DNA of 64,000 nt from Chthoniobacteraceae bacterium. GTDB lineage: Bacteria > Verrucomicrobiota > Verrucomicrobiia > Chthoniobacterales > Chthoniobacteraceae. The notes beneath the pieces are model-generated. The model ran no database searches, was not told the origin of the DNA, and saw only the letters and a list, made by a program, of their open reading frames with translations. Position 1 is the stretch's first letter; the number at the start of each line of letters is the position of its first letter. The stretch covers positions 1 through 64,000 of the forward strand of contig JANNXQ010000170.1 of assembly GCA_031409655.1 (NCBI GenBank), read 5' to 3'. This document shows positions 18,394 through 27,215 of this stretch, piece by piece. The position numbers and the translations under genes were made by a program.

Positions 18394-18968
18394 CGGAAGA
18401 AGCCCTCCAGGGCGCGCAGTTTCGTGCCGAGCCGGCCGTCGATGACGCCGAAGCGGCTGTTCACCAGGCAGTCACCGGGGCGCAGTTGCGTATTCGCGCG
18501 GAAGGCGATCTGCGGGTGTTTCTCGCGCAATTGCGCGTCGTGGCCGGCAATGGCCTCGAGATCCTGCGGCGCGAGCTGCACTTCAAATTGCTCCGGTCCC
18601 GGCGCGATTTCTCCGAGCAGATCCGCGACGATCCGGAGGACGGCCTCGCGGTCGATGGTCGTGCTCGCGAGCACCCGCGCGGCAGCTTCGATGGTCAGTT
18701 CCGGGAGGGCGTCGTGCAGTTGCCGGGCGAGCGCAGTGTGCTGTTCGGCGAGTTTGGCGAGGGTCTCGGATTGCAGCCGCACGAGTTCGCCGCGTTGCTC
18801 GAGCATCTGCTTTTCCATGCGTCGCGCCGTCTCCTCCGCGCCGGCGTGATAGGCCTCGCGTTTGGCGGTCTCATACTCCTCCTCGGTAAAGGTGCGCACC
18901 GGCTTGTGGCCGGTGACGAAGACCGACTTCGGCGAAGCGTGGAGACGGATGGGTTTAAGCACTGGCAT
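18390..18968 (-). CDS. fliH: Flagellar assembly protein FliH
   Basis: AYHAG repeat-like segment, LRPGDCLVNSRFGVIDGRL; between fliG and fliI. Start set at MPVLKP. Confidence 0.88.
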   Translation of the reverse strand: MPVLKPIRLHASPKSVFVTGHKPVRTFTEEEYETAKREAYHAGAEETARRMEKQMLEQRGELVRLQSETLAKLAEQHTALARQLHDALPELTIEAAARVLASTTIDREAVLRIVADLLGEIAPGPEQFEVQLAPQDLEAIAGHDAQLREKHPQIAFRANTQLRPGDCLVNSRFGVIDGRLGTKLRALEGFFR

Positions 18969-19971
18969 TGGCTTCGGGCGCTCCGTCGAGCGTGATTTCT
19001 TCGGCTTCCTCGAGTCGGCGGACGATGGCGATGACGCGATCCTGCGCGGCTTCCACATCCTTGGTCCGCGGTTGCGGGAGGATCTCGATCTCCTCCTTCA
19101 GCGTCTCCGCCGCGCGCTTCGACATCGTGCCGAGGATCGCCTTCACGACCGGCGGCTTCATCGTCTTCAGCGCGATCGGCAGATCCGCGGAATCCACCTC
19201 GCGCATGACCCGCTGCAGATCCGGTGTGGAAAGGCGGGTGATGTCCTCGAAGCTGAAAACTTTCCGGCGAATGGCTGCGCCGAGGGTCGCATTCCGCTCC
19301 TCGATTTTCGTGAGCAGCGTCTTGCGCAGCTCTTTGTCGAGGGCGTTGAGAATGTCCGCGCAGGACTTCACGCCGCCGCCGCGATGCAGGCCCTGTTGCA
19401 TCGCCTTCCGGTCGATGCGGCTGTTCAGCTTCGTGGCCACTTTGTGAATGCTCTCCGTGGAAGTCGGCTCCATCGCGCCGAGCCGCTCGACCACATCTTC
19501 GCGCACCTCAGGCGTGAGCATCTGCAGCACCTCCGCTGCCTTTGGCGTGTCCATGCAGGAGACGATGAAAGCGATGGTCTGCGGCTGCTCGCTCTTCATC
19601 AGATTCACGAGCTGGCGTCCTTCCATCTGGCGGATTTCTTCGCCCGCTTGATTCGGACCGTCGCCCGCGCAGCGGCTCAGGATGGCGGTCGCCGCGTAGT
19701 CGCCCTTCGCCTTCGAGAGCACTGTCTGGGCAAAGGCCACGCCTCCCAGTTCCGCGGCGAGCCCGGTGCAAATCACCTCGGTGAATTCCTTCATCAACTC
19801 CACGCGGATGCCCGTCTCGATCATCGGCATCATGGCGATCTCACGACAGATCTGCTCCAGCAGCGTGAGCTCAAAACTGCTCATCACTTCCGCCGCCGCG
19901 TCCGGCCCGATGGTGATCAGGAGAGCGGCGATCTTTTGCACTTTGCTCAGGCGGAGATAATCGATGGGCAT
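18955..19971 (-). CDS. fliG: Flagellar motor switch protein FliG
   Basis: QKIAALLITIG, GGVAFAQ, EQPQTIA, VFSFEDI, DVEAAQDRVI. Confidence 0.97.
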   Translation of the reverse strand: MPIDYLRLSKVQKIAALLITIGPDAAAEVMSSFELTLLEQICREIAMMPMIETGIRVELMKEFTEVICTGLAAELGGVAFAQTVLSKAKGDYAATAILSRCAGDGPNQAGEEIRQMEGRQLVNLMKSEQPQTIAFIVSCMDTPKAAEVLQMLTPEVREDVVERLGAMEPTSTESIHKVATKLNSRIDRKAMQQGLHRGGGVKSCADILNALDKELRKTLLTKIEERNATLGAAIRRKVFSFEDITRLSTPDLQRVMREVDSADLPIALKTMKPPVVKAILGTMSKRAAETLKEEIEILPQPRTKDVEAAQDRVIAIVRRLEEAEEITLDGAPEANASA

Positions 19972-19972
19972 G

Positions 19973-21499
19973 TCAATTCGGGCCGGCTCCGGCCATCCAT
20001 TCCCGCAAGGCGGCGCCGACGTTTTCGGGCTTTTTGCGGATCATTTCGTTGAGCAGTTCCACGGACACCGGGCGATTCGCCTGCCCCTCCGGATTGGCCT
20101 TCTCTGGAGAAAGGATCTCAATCGGGATTTCGTCCGGCTTGGCCTTCTTGACCATGCGCAGGAAGATGAAGATCAGGACGACGGCGACGGCGACGGCGAC
20201 GCCGTTTTTGACCAAGTCCGGATTCCGGAGCACGATGTCGAGGGCACCCGCTTTCACCGCCGGCGTGCTTTCAAACGCGAGTTCCTCGATCGTCACAATC
20301 TTCGCCGCTTCCTTGTCATCCACGGCTTTCACCCCGAGCGCGTTGATCACCATCTTGCGGAGAGATTCCAACTCCGCCGGGGTGCGCGGCTGCGCTTTCG
20401 GCGCGACGAAAACGGCGGCGGTGACGCGCGAAATCGTGCCCGGCGCGCGGACGGCGTTCGTGATCACGCGGGTGATCTCGTAGTTCAGCGCCTTGTTCTT
20501 GCGGACCTGTTCACTGTTCTTGCCACTGCCCCTGTTGCCCGCGTCCGTGGTCGCGGCAGGAGGGACGTTCGAGGCCGTGCCCGCGGTGCCGCCTTTGGTT
20601 GGGTCGGTTTCGTTGGTCAGCGTGCTGTCTTCCTCCGTGGTCTCGGTGCGGATCACCTGGCCATCGGGATCGTATTTCTCCTCGGTGCGCGTCGTGGTTT
20701 CGATATCGAGATCCGCCGAAACGCGGACCACGGAATTGCCCGGACCGAGGACCGTGGTGAGCATCGTCTCCACTTTATTCACGAAGTAATCCTCCACGCT
20801 TTTCCGCAGCTTCATCTGGCTGGAAGCACCACCGAGCTGCGGATCATCCTTGAGCCCGTCGGTGAGCACGGTGCCGCGATTGTCCACGACCGCGACGTCG
20901 TCGGCGCGCAATCCTTCGACGGCATTGGCCACAAGGAAGCGGATCGAATTCACCGAAGGAGCGCTGATGTTTCCTTCGATGAAAACGGATGCCGTCGGCT
21001 TCGCTTTCACGTCGGAAAAGAGGAGCCGATTTTCCGGCACCACGATGAGCACGCGCGCCGCCCGCACTCCCTGGAGTTGAGCAATGGTCCGCGAAAGTTC
21101 GCCTTGGAGCGCGCGGGCGTAGTTGGTCCGCTGGACGAAGTCGCTGATGCCGAAGTTCGCGCGGTCGAAGATCTCGAAGCCAACCCCTTCCCCCGCCGGC
21201 ACCCCTTTCGCCGCGAGTTGCAGGCGCAAGGCATGCACTTGATCGCTCGGCACGTAGATCGCGCTCCCGCTGCCGCGCAGTTCGTAGTGGACGCCAGCCG
21301 CTTGCACGGCAGCGGCGACCTCGGCTGCGTCCTTGTCGCTCAGCCGCCCATAGAGGAGCTGCATATCGGGCCGATGCGACCAGACCACGAGGCTGATGAG
21401 CCCGGCGATGACGCCGACGGTGGCGACGGCGATGGTCACGCGCTGGTTCAGCCCGAGCTGTTTCCAAAGCTCCGTGATTTGTTGGAGAAATGCTTTCAT
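19973..21499 (-). CDS. fliF: Flagellar MS-ring protein FliF
   Basis: VGFEIFD, RALQGELSRTI, KPTASVF, two TM segments. Confidence 0.97.
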   Translation of the reverse strand: MKAFLQQITELWKQLGLNQRVTIAVATVGVIAGLISLVVWSHRPDMQLLYGRLSDKDAAEVAAAVQAAGVHYELRGSGSAIYVPSDQVHALRLQLAAKGVPAGEGVGFEIFDRANFGISDFVQRTNYARALQGELSRTIAQLQGVRAARVLIVVPENRLLFSDVKAKPTASVFIEGNISAPSVNSIRFLVANAVEGLRADDVAVVDNRGTVLTDGLKDDPQLGGASSQMKLRKSVEDYFVNKVETMLTTVLGPGNSVVRVSADLDIETTTRTEEKYDPDGQVIRTETTEEDSTLTNETDPTKGGTAGTASNVPPAATTDAGNRGSGKNSEQVRKNKALNYEITRVITNAVRAPGTISRVTAAVFVAPKAQPRTPAELESLRKMVINALGVKAVDDKEAAKIVTIEELAFESTPAVKAGALDIVLRNPDLVKNGVAVAVAVVLIFIFLRMVKKAKPDEIPIEILSPEKANPEGQANRPVSVELLNEMIRKKPENVGAALREWMAGAGPN

Positions 21500-21533
21500 C
21501 CGTTTCGTTCAATCCTGGGCGGCAGCAGCCACC

Positions 21534-21893
21534 TCAGACCTGCATCCGCATGACCTCCTGATAGCCTTCGACGAGTTTGTTGCGCATCTCGACCATCAGC
21601 GAAAAAGCCACGCTGGCTTCCTGCATCGCGATCATCGCTTGGTGGAGATTGTTCGTTTCGCCCGTGAAGAGCTTCGTCTTCTCGCTGTCCGCGGCCTGCA
21701 TCTTGCCATTCACCTCGGAGACGGCGCGTTCGAGGAGGTTGGTGAAGTCGGGCTTCGCCGCTCCGGCCGCGGCCATCTGGGTGCCGCCGATTCCTTCCGC
21801 CGGATTCAGCTCGCTGGATTTCGATGCGCGCGTGGCCTCGTAGAGCTCCTGCAGCTCGCGCGGTTGGGGAATGGGAAGCGATCCAATCTTCAT
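21534..21893 (-). CDS. fliE: Flagellar hook-basal body protein FliE
   Basis: LHQAMIAMQEASVAF...RNKLVEGYQEVMRMQV. Confidence 0.96.
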   Translation of the reverse strand: MKIGSLPIPQPRELQELYEATRASKSSELNPAEGIGGTQMAAAGAAKPDFTNLLERAVSEVNGKMQAADSEKTKLFTGETNNLHQAMIAMQEASVAFSLMVEMRNKLVEGYQEVMRMQV

Positions 21894-21904
21894 AAGTCAG
21901 AGTT

Positions 21905-22309
21905 TCAGCGGCCGATGGTCAGCGCCTTGGCCGCCATCTGGCGGGCGTTGCGCGCGACGGCGAGATTTGCCTCGTAAGCGCGGGAGGCGGAAAGCATGTC
22001 CACCATTTCCATCGCCACGTTCACATTCGGCATCTGCACAAAGCCGTCGGCATTGGCGTGCGGATGTTGCGGGCTGTAGATGAGTTCCCCCTTTGAAGGG
22101 TCGCCCGCGATCTGGCCCACTTTCACGCCGCTCATCCCGGTCTTTTCACTGAGCAGCGACTCAAAGGTCACGACCTTGCGCTGGTAGGCGTTGCCATCGG
22201 TGTCACGGGTGGTGTGGGCGTTCGCGATGTTTTGCGCGACGACGTCGAGGCGGACTTTTTCCGCGTTGAGCGCGCTGGCGGTGGCTTGGATACCGGTCAG
22301 GAAGTTCAT
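21905..22309 (-). CDS. flgC: Flagellar basal-body rod protein FlgC
   Basis: VAQNIANAHTTR, PQHPHANADGFVQMPNVN, ASRAYEAN. Confidence 0.97.
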   Translation of the reverse strand: MNFLTGIQATASALNAEKVRLDVVAQNIANAHTTRDTDGNAYQRKVVTFESLLSEKTGMSGVKVGQIAGDPSKGELIYSPQHPHANADGFVQMPNVNVAMEMVDMLSASRAYEANLAVARNARQMAAKALTIGR

Positions 22310-22314
22310 CCGGA

Positions 22315-22692
22315 TCAGACGCTGCGGCCGGTGATGGCCAGACGAAGTTGCTTGAGCGAGCCGCTGGCAAATTCCGCGAGCGTGTCGAACTCCGCCGCGT
22401 TTTTGCTGAGGGCCATCATTTCCTTGTCGATGTCCACATTGTTGCCGTCCCTTCGCTGGCTGGTGGCGGTGAGATCCTCGACCAGGTCGGGGAGCGCGAG
22501 ATCGTGGCTATTGCGACTGCGAATGCGGTCCGCCAGTTCGTGGGCAAAATCCTTTGGAAAATCGACGCGCTTGTAGCCTGGAGTTTCGACGTTTGCGATG
22601 TTCGTCGCCAGGGCCTCGTGGCGCCGAATGGAAACATCAAGAAGCTGTTTTGTGGCCTGGTAATTCGCGCTGGAGAAGAGCTGCTCGATCAT
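22315..22692 (-). CDS. flgB: Flagellar basal-body rod protein FlgB
   Basis: LATNIANVETPGYKRVD, RRDGNNVDIDKEM. Start at MIEQLF (22692). Confidence 0.96.
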   Translation of the reverse strand: MIEQLFSSANYQATKQLLDVSIRRHEALATNIANVETPGYKRVDFPKDFAHELADRIRSRNSHDLALPDLVEDLTATSQRRDGNNVDIDKEMMALSKNAAEFDTLAEFASGSLKQLRLAITGRSV

Positions 22693-22705
22693 GGACGACA
22701 GGCAT

Positions 22706-22721
22706 AGCAACGCGAGTGCCA
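22706..22721 (-). promoter_or_regulatory. sigma54 -24/-12 promoter of the flgB operon
   Basis: TGGCAC-TCGCG-TTGCT, an exact match to TGGCAC-N5-TTGCW. Confidence 0.88.
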
Positions 22722-22985
22722 CTGGGATCGTATTGCCTGCGAACCCGCATAAAAACAAGGGTTCCCGAGCTGCGGCGTATTTTCCCTCCACCGTGAGCGG
22801 CAAGAATGTCCGGGTGATTTTCACCCTCCGGCAGTTCTTTCCTCGCGCGAGCTGAAGACCCCTGCGCGCGCGGGTGCGGAAGACTCGTGCCCGAGGTGCG
22901 GACAAGAGGGTGGCAAGGCTCGGGAATCCGAGTCGTGCAGCGCTTCGCCGTACGGCGAAGCTTGAAGTCCCGCAGCGGGACGCGA

Positions 22986-23420
22986 TCAACGAAGGGCCGT
23001 CGCGAGTTTCAGTGCGGAGGTCGAGGAGATCGACGTTGGAGCTTGCTGGAAAGCGGCCAGATTGCGCGCGAGTTCGGCGGTTTCAGGAGAAAGCAGGAGC
23101 GCCTTCGGATCGCGGCCCGGTGCTGCGGCGAGCACCTTTCCGTCCGGGGATACTTCGATCGTGGGCGGCTTGCTCGGGTCGCTCGAGTCAAGCAGCGCGC
23201 GCACTTCCGGCGAATCGAGCAATTGCTGCCGCAGGCGGGCGGCGAAAGTCAGGGCATTCGTCTCGGGGATGGCCCCTGAATTCACCGCGCCAGACGCGCG
23301 ATCGAGCGCTTTCTCGAAGCCAGGACCGTTCGCAACCGGCGCGGGTCCGGCACCGCGGGACCAGCGATCGAGGAAGTTTCCGGCGGCATTGGCGACGGCG
23401 CTGACGAGGAGAGGATGCAT
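22986..23420 (-). CDS. Hypothetical protein (144 aa) with its own sigma54 promoter
   Basis: MHPLLVSAVANAAGNFLDRW...GFEKALDRAS...LRQQLLDSPEVRALL. The ATG has the same spacing from its sigma54 box as flgB does. Confidence 0.75.
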   Translation of the reverse strand: MHPLLVSAVANAAGNFLDRWSRGAGPAPVANGPGFEKALDRASGAVNSGAIPETNALTFAARLRQQLLDSPEVRALLDSSDPSKPPTIEVSPDGKVLAAAPGRDPKALLLSPETAELARNLAAFQQAPTSISSTSALKLATALR

Positions 23421-23433
23421 GGACTCACGGCTT

Positions 23434-23449
23434 AGCAGTCGGGGTGCCA
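23434..23449 (-). promoter_or_regulatory. sigma54 -24/-12 promoter
   Basis: TGGCAC-CCCGA-CTGCT (GG-N10-GC), one mismatch to consensus. Confidence 0.78.
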
Positions 23450-23471
23450 AAGGAGTCGGGGCATTAGGGCG

Positions 23472-23505
23472 AAAAAAAGAGCGGCGGGCCGTAGCCCGCC
23501 GCTCT
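23472..23505 (-). terminator. Rho-independent terminator ending the glycan locus
   Basis: 12-bp stem AGAGCGGCGGGC / 4-nt loop / GCCCGCCGCTCT followed by a T-run on the minus strand. Confidence 0.9.
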
Positions 23506-23531
23506 ATTTGAATTTGTTGCCGCGTGTCCCG

Positions 23532-24776
23532 CTACACGTCGTGGACGCCGTTGGTTAGCGATTTAAACGCGACCCATTCGCGCTCGAGGAAGGCAGAAAA
23601 TTCCCTGCGAAAACGCGCCACGGAAAAACGTTCCGCATTCATCCGGCAACGTTCCGGGTGAAAACTGCCGGCCATGTTTTCAAAATCAATGATCGCGCGC
23701 TGGAGCGACTCCACGGTTTGTTCCTTAAAGAACATGCCAGTCTCCCCGGCGACCACCGTTTCGGTCACGCCGCCGCGGGCATAAGCGATGACCGGAGTAC
23801 CGCAGGCCTGCGCCTCGATTGGCACGATGCCGAAGTCTTCTTCTGCGGCAAAGAGGAAAGCTCGGGCGGATTGCATGTATCGGACGAAAACCTCCGGCGG
23901 CTGATAGCCAAGCATCTGTACGTTTGGCCCCGCCTTGTGCTTGATCGCTTTGAAGTCAGGTCCATCACCGATGACGACCAGTTTCTTATCCGGCATCCGG
24001 TTAAAGGCATCGACGATCATGTCGATTTTCTTGTACGACACGAGGCGCGAAGCGGTGACGTAATAGTCATCCTTTGCCGTGGTCAGATTAAACGTCTGGG
24101 TGTCCACCGGGGGGTAAATGACACGCGCGTCCCGGCCATAAACCTTCTTGATGCGTCGTGCCACGAAGTTGGAATTGGCAATGAAGCTGTTCACGCCGTG
24201 GGAGGTGCGCAGATCCCACATGCGGATGTAATGAAGGAGAATCCGCGCGAGCCAGACGGTGAGGCGGTGCCTGGCACCGACGTGTTCCAGATACTGGCTT
24301 TGCAAGTCCCAACCGTAGCGAATCGGCGAGTGGCAGTAACACACGTGGAGTTGGTCCGGGCCAGTGAGGATGCCCTTGGCAACTGCATAACTGCTCGAGA
24401 TGACCAGATCGTAGCTGGAAAGATTGAACTGCTCGATCGCGAGCGGCATGAAGGGGAGATAGGACCGGTAGAAACGCTTCGCGCCAGGCAGCTTTTGGAT
24501 GAAGGAAGTATTAACCGTCTTGTAGAGGAGAAACTTCCGGTCTGCCTTCGGGATGAAGTCTACGATGCTGTAGAGATCCGCTTCGGGATACAGCGCGAGA
24601 ATCTGCTCCAACACTCGCTCTGCTCCTCCGTAGAGCGGCAGCCAATCGTGGACAATAGCGACGCGTCGATTCGGATCGGTCAGGGCTTGCTCGCCGATGT
24701 GCGTGACGCCCCTGATGGAAGCTCGTGGTTCCTCTGATCCTTGCATCAGGCTGGTGATCGTTCGCGGTGTATTCAT
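23532..24776 (-). CDS. GT4 glycosyltransferase (WbaZ-like)
   Basis: VAIVHDWL..GGAERVL, CYCHSPIRYGWDL, EEDFGIVPIEAQACG. Confidence 0.92.
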   Translation of the reverse strand: MNTPRTITSLMQGSEEPRASIRGVTHIGEQALTDPNRRVAIVHDWLPLYGGAERVLEQILALYPEADLYSIVDFIPKADRKFLLYKTVNTSFIQKLPGAKRFYRSYLPFMPLAIEQFNLSSYDLVISSSYAVAKGILTGPDQLHVCYCHSPIRYGWDLQSQYLEHVGARHRLTVWLARILLHYIRMWDLRTSHGVNSFIANSNFVARRIKKVYGRDARVIYPPVDTQTFNLTTAKDDYYVTASRLVSYKKIDMIVDAFNRMPDKKLVVIGDGPDFKAIKHKAGPNVQMLGYQPPEVFVRYMQSARAFLFAAEEDFGIVPIEAQACGTPVIAYARGGVTETVVAGETGMFFKEQTVESLQRAIIDFENMAGSFHPERCRMNAERFSVARFRREFSAFLEREWVAFKSLTNGVHDV

Positions 24777-24786
24777 GGATGTCCCC

Positions 24787-26043
24787 TCAGTTGTTTGCTG
24801 CTGCCTTCGGTGCGACCTCTGTCGCATCGCGATTGGTCGGATTTGATCCCGATTCTTCGAACGCAAAGCGCCCGGTTTTCTGTTGAAAGATAGTTCTGTA
24901 GACGGCTTCCACTTTGCGGGCGGTCTCCCCGATCGTGAAATGATCAGCGACCCGCTTCTGGCCAGCGGTTCCCATCGCCAGGGCTCTTGCGGGTTCTGAG
25001 AGGAGTTCGATCATGGCTGCGGCCATTTCTCCAGCGTCGCCCATTTTCACGAGCAACCCGGTTGCGCCATCCACCACGATCTCCGGCACGCCGCCGCCGC
25101 GAGTGGCGATCACCGGTTTCCCCGCAGCCATCCCTTCAATCACTACCTGACCGAAGGGTTCGCCGGTCGTCGAGGCGTGGACGAGGATGGTGAGATGGCG
25201 AATGAGATCCTGCACGTCGGTGCGGAAACCCATAAACTCGACACAATTCTCCATTTCGTGATCCACGACTAAGACGCGGAGTTTTGCCTCGTAGGCTTCT
25301 TCGCCAAACATCGCGGACCCGATAATCTGAAAGCGCGCCTGCGGAAATTGAGAGCGCACTCGGGACGCAGCCTCGATGAAAATGTGCTGCCCTTTCCACT
25401 CGGTGATCCGGCCGACCAATCCGATCGTGGGTGCGCCCGAAGTAGGCGGTCCGCACCCGCTACAGTCTCCGGGAAAGCCGTCATGCACCACTGCCTGGAC
25501 GGCACGTCCGCGTTTGAGCGGAGTGAGTCTGAGCGTGTCCATGGTGGCTTGGGAGTTGGCGATGACAAAGTTAGGAAGCCATCGGCAGAGCCACTGGAAA
25601 ACGCGGACGACGCGGTGCGGGAGGTAGTCGTCGGCGATGCGATCACGGACGTGCCACACGACCGGAACGCGGGCTAGGCGAGCGCCGATACCCCCGAGTA
25701 AGTCCGCTTTCAATGTATTGGTATGCACGAGATCAACGCCCCGCTTTTTCAGCCAGTTCGCGAGGCGGAATACGTAGCCCAGCGAATGCCAGAGAGCGCT
25801 CAGCCGAAGGAGTGATCCGGAGCTGAGCGAATCCTTCCGCGTCTCGATCACCCCAGCGGCCAAGGGTAGGACGTGGCTCTCCACTTCTGCCGCTTCGAGC
25901 TTGTCCCGGAGGGGGCCATCGGAGGCCAGGAGCACCACGGGTTCATAAGATGAACGATCAAGCCGCTGCACCAGATTGAGCAGCGCGATCTCACCACCAC
26001 CGAGCTTTGCCGTGTGGCCAAAGAAGAGGATCGTCTTACGCAC
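24787..26043 (-). CDS. GT4 glycosyltransferase
   Basis: GTG start VRKTILFFGH..LGGGE, GRITEWKGQ, EPFGQVVIEGMAAG. Confidence 0.9.
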   Translation of the reverse strand: MRKTILFFGHTAKLGGGEIALLNLVQRLDRSSYEPVVLLASDGPLRDKLEAAEVESHVLPLAAGVIETRKDSLSSGSLLRLSALWHSLGYVFRLANWLKKRGVDLVHTNTLKADLLGGIGARLARVPVVWHVRDRIADDYLPHRVVRVFQWLCRWLPNFVIANSQATMDTLRLTPLKRGRAVQAVVHDGFPGDCSGCGPPTSGAPTIGLVGRITEWKGQHIFIEAASRVRSQFPQARFQIIGSAMFGEEAYEAKLRVLVVDHEMENCVEFMGFRTDVQDLIRHLTILVHASTTGEPFGQVVIEGMAAGKPVIATRGGGVPEIVVDGATGLLVKMGDAGEMAAAMIELLSEPARALAMGTAGQKRVADHFTIGETARKVEAVYRTIFQQKTGRFAFEESGSNPTNRDATEVAPKAAANN

Positions 26044-27205
26044 TGGCAAGTTCCCGTTGCACGGCCCCCGCCCGCCGGTTGAAAGCCCGGTAAATGTCGC
26101 GCATCTGGCTGGCCACCTTCGCCCACGTATAGCTGGCTTCCACTTGTCGCCTCCCAGCTTCACCCAGCTTCTGCCCGAGGGCTGGATCGGCGCGCAACTT
26201 TCCAATCGCCGCGGCGAGCGCTTCCGCATTTTTCTCCGGGAAGACTAATCCACCCCCACCAACAACCTCCGGGATGGCTCCCGAGTCGGAGCCGATGACG
26301 GGCGTGCCGCATGCGTGCGCCTCGATGATCACGCGGCCGAATTGCTCTTTCCAACTCTGCACGGTGCGCGAGGGAAGAATGAGTGCATCGAGTCCGTTCA
26401 TGACTTCGGGGAGGGCCTCGAGTTGGCGCGCTTCGAGGAAACGTACCTGTTCGCCCTTGCCCAATTCAGTAACGCGGCTTTCAAGAGTAGATCGGTATTC
26501 GCCAGAGCCCACGAAGACCATCCGCAGGTCAGGTGGGCAGAAAGACAGGGCTTCGATCATCTCCATGAGCCCTTTGCGCTCAACGAGACGGCCCACGTAA
26601 CCCACGGTGAAGTGGTCGAAGCCTAGAGCCCGGCGGCAGGCTTCGCGATCAAGCGGACGAAACAACGCGGTGTCGGCGGCGTTACCCACAACCTTCGTCG
26701 GACCTTTGTAACCTTTCTCCCGCAACACCTTGATCACTTCAAGGCTGCGTCCCACGGCATGATCAGCATTGGCGATAACGTAAGATTCCAACCAGCGGAA
26801 TGGGGGAGGAAAACGTTTTTGTAAGTTCTGCTCCGACTCCATGACGATCCGTGTCTGGGGCAGCAGACGGTTTCGGAGCCAGCAGGCGTGCGCGCTGACA
26901 AGAGCCCAAGGTTCTTCCCAGAGGTCGATGACGTCGGGCTGGAAATCGAGCAGTACTTGTTTTAGCGCCGGATACCAATGGAGGTAGTTTTGAGCGGGAC
27001 CCAGCCACAGCCACCGCGCTTTGCGCACGACGTATTCGAAGGCCGCGTGATCGGGGGGCTCGGCGGTCTTCCAGACGCCGTAGTGATTGAAGTGTTCGGG
27101 CGTGAGCACCATCAATTCAACGTCCCCGAGGCGCGCAAGTTGTTCCGCCTTGCGCTGGCCTTCGGCCCGCGACTGGCAAGTGTGCGAAATGAGTAAAACC
27201 TTCAT
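26036..27205 (-). CDS. GT4 glycosyltransferase
   Basis: MKVLLISH, YVGRLVERKG, EQFGRVIIEAHACG. Confidence 0.92.
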   Translation of the reverse strand: MKVLLISHTCQSRAEGQRKAEQLARLGDVELMVLTPEHFNHYGVWKTAEPPDHAAFEYVVRKARWLWLGPAQNYLHWYPALKQVLLDFQPDVIDLWEEPWALVSAHACWLRNRLLPQTRIVMESEQNLQKRFPPPFRWLESYVIANADHAVGRSLEVIKVLREKGYKGPTKVVGNAADTALFRPLDREACRRALGFDHFTVGYVGRLVERKGLMEMIEALSFCPPDLRMVFVGSGEYRSTLESRVTELGKGEQVRFLEARQLEALPEVMNGLDALILPSRTVQSWKEQFGRVIIEAHACGTPVIGSDSGAIPEVVGGGGLVFPEKNAEALAAAIGKLRADPALGQKLGEAGRRQVEASYTWAKVASQMRDIYRAFNRRAGAVQRELASA

Positions 27206-27215
27206 CCTTTGCAGG

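Noticed and set aside
22693..22989. 99-aa N-terminal extension of FlgB
   Set aside because: It runs through the sigma54 promoter; FlgB similarity starts at 22692.
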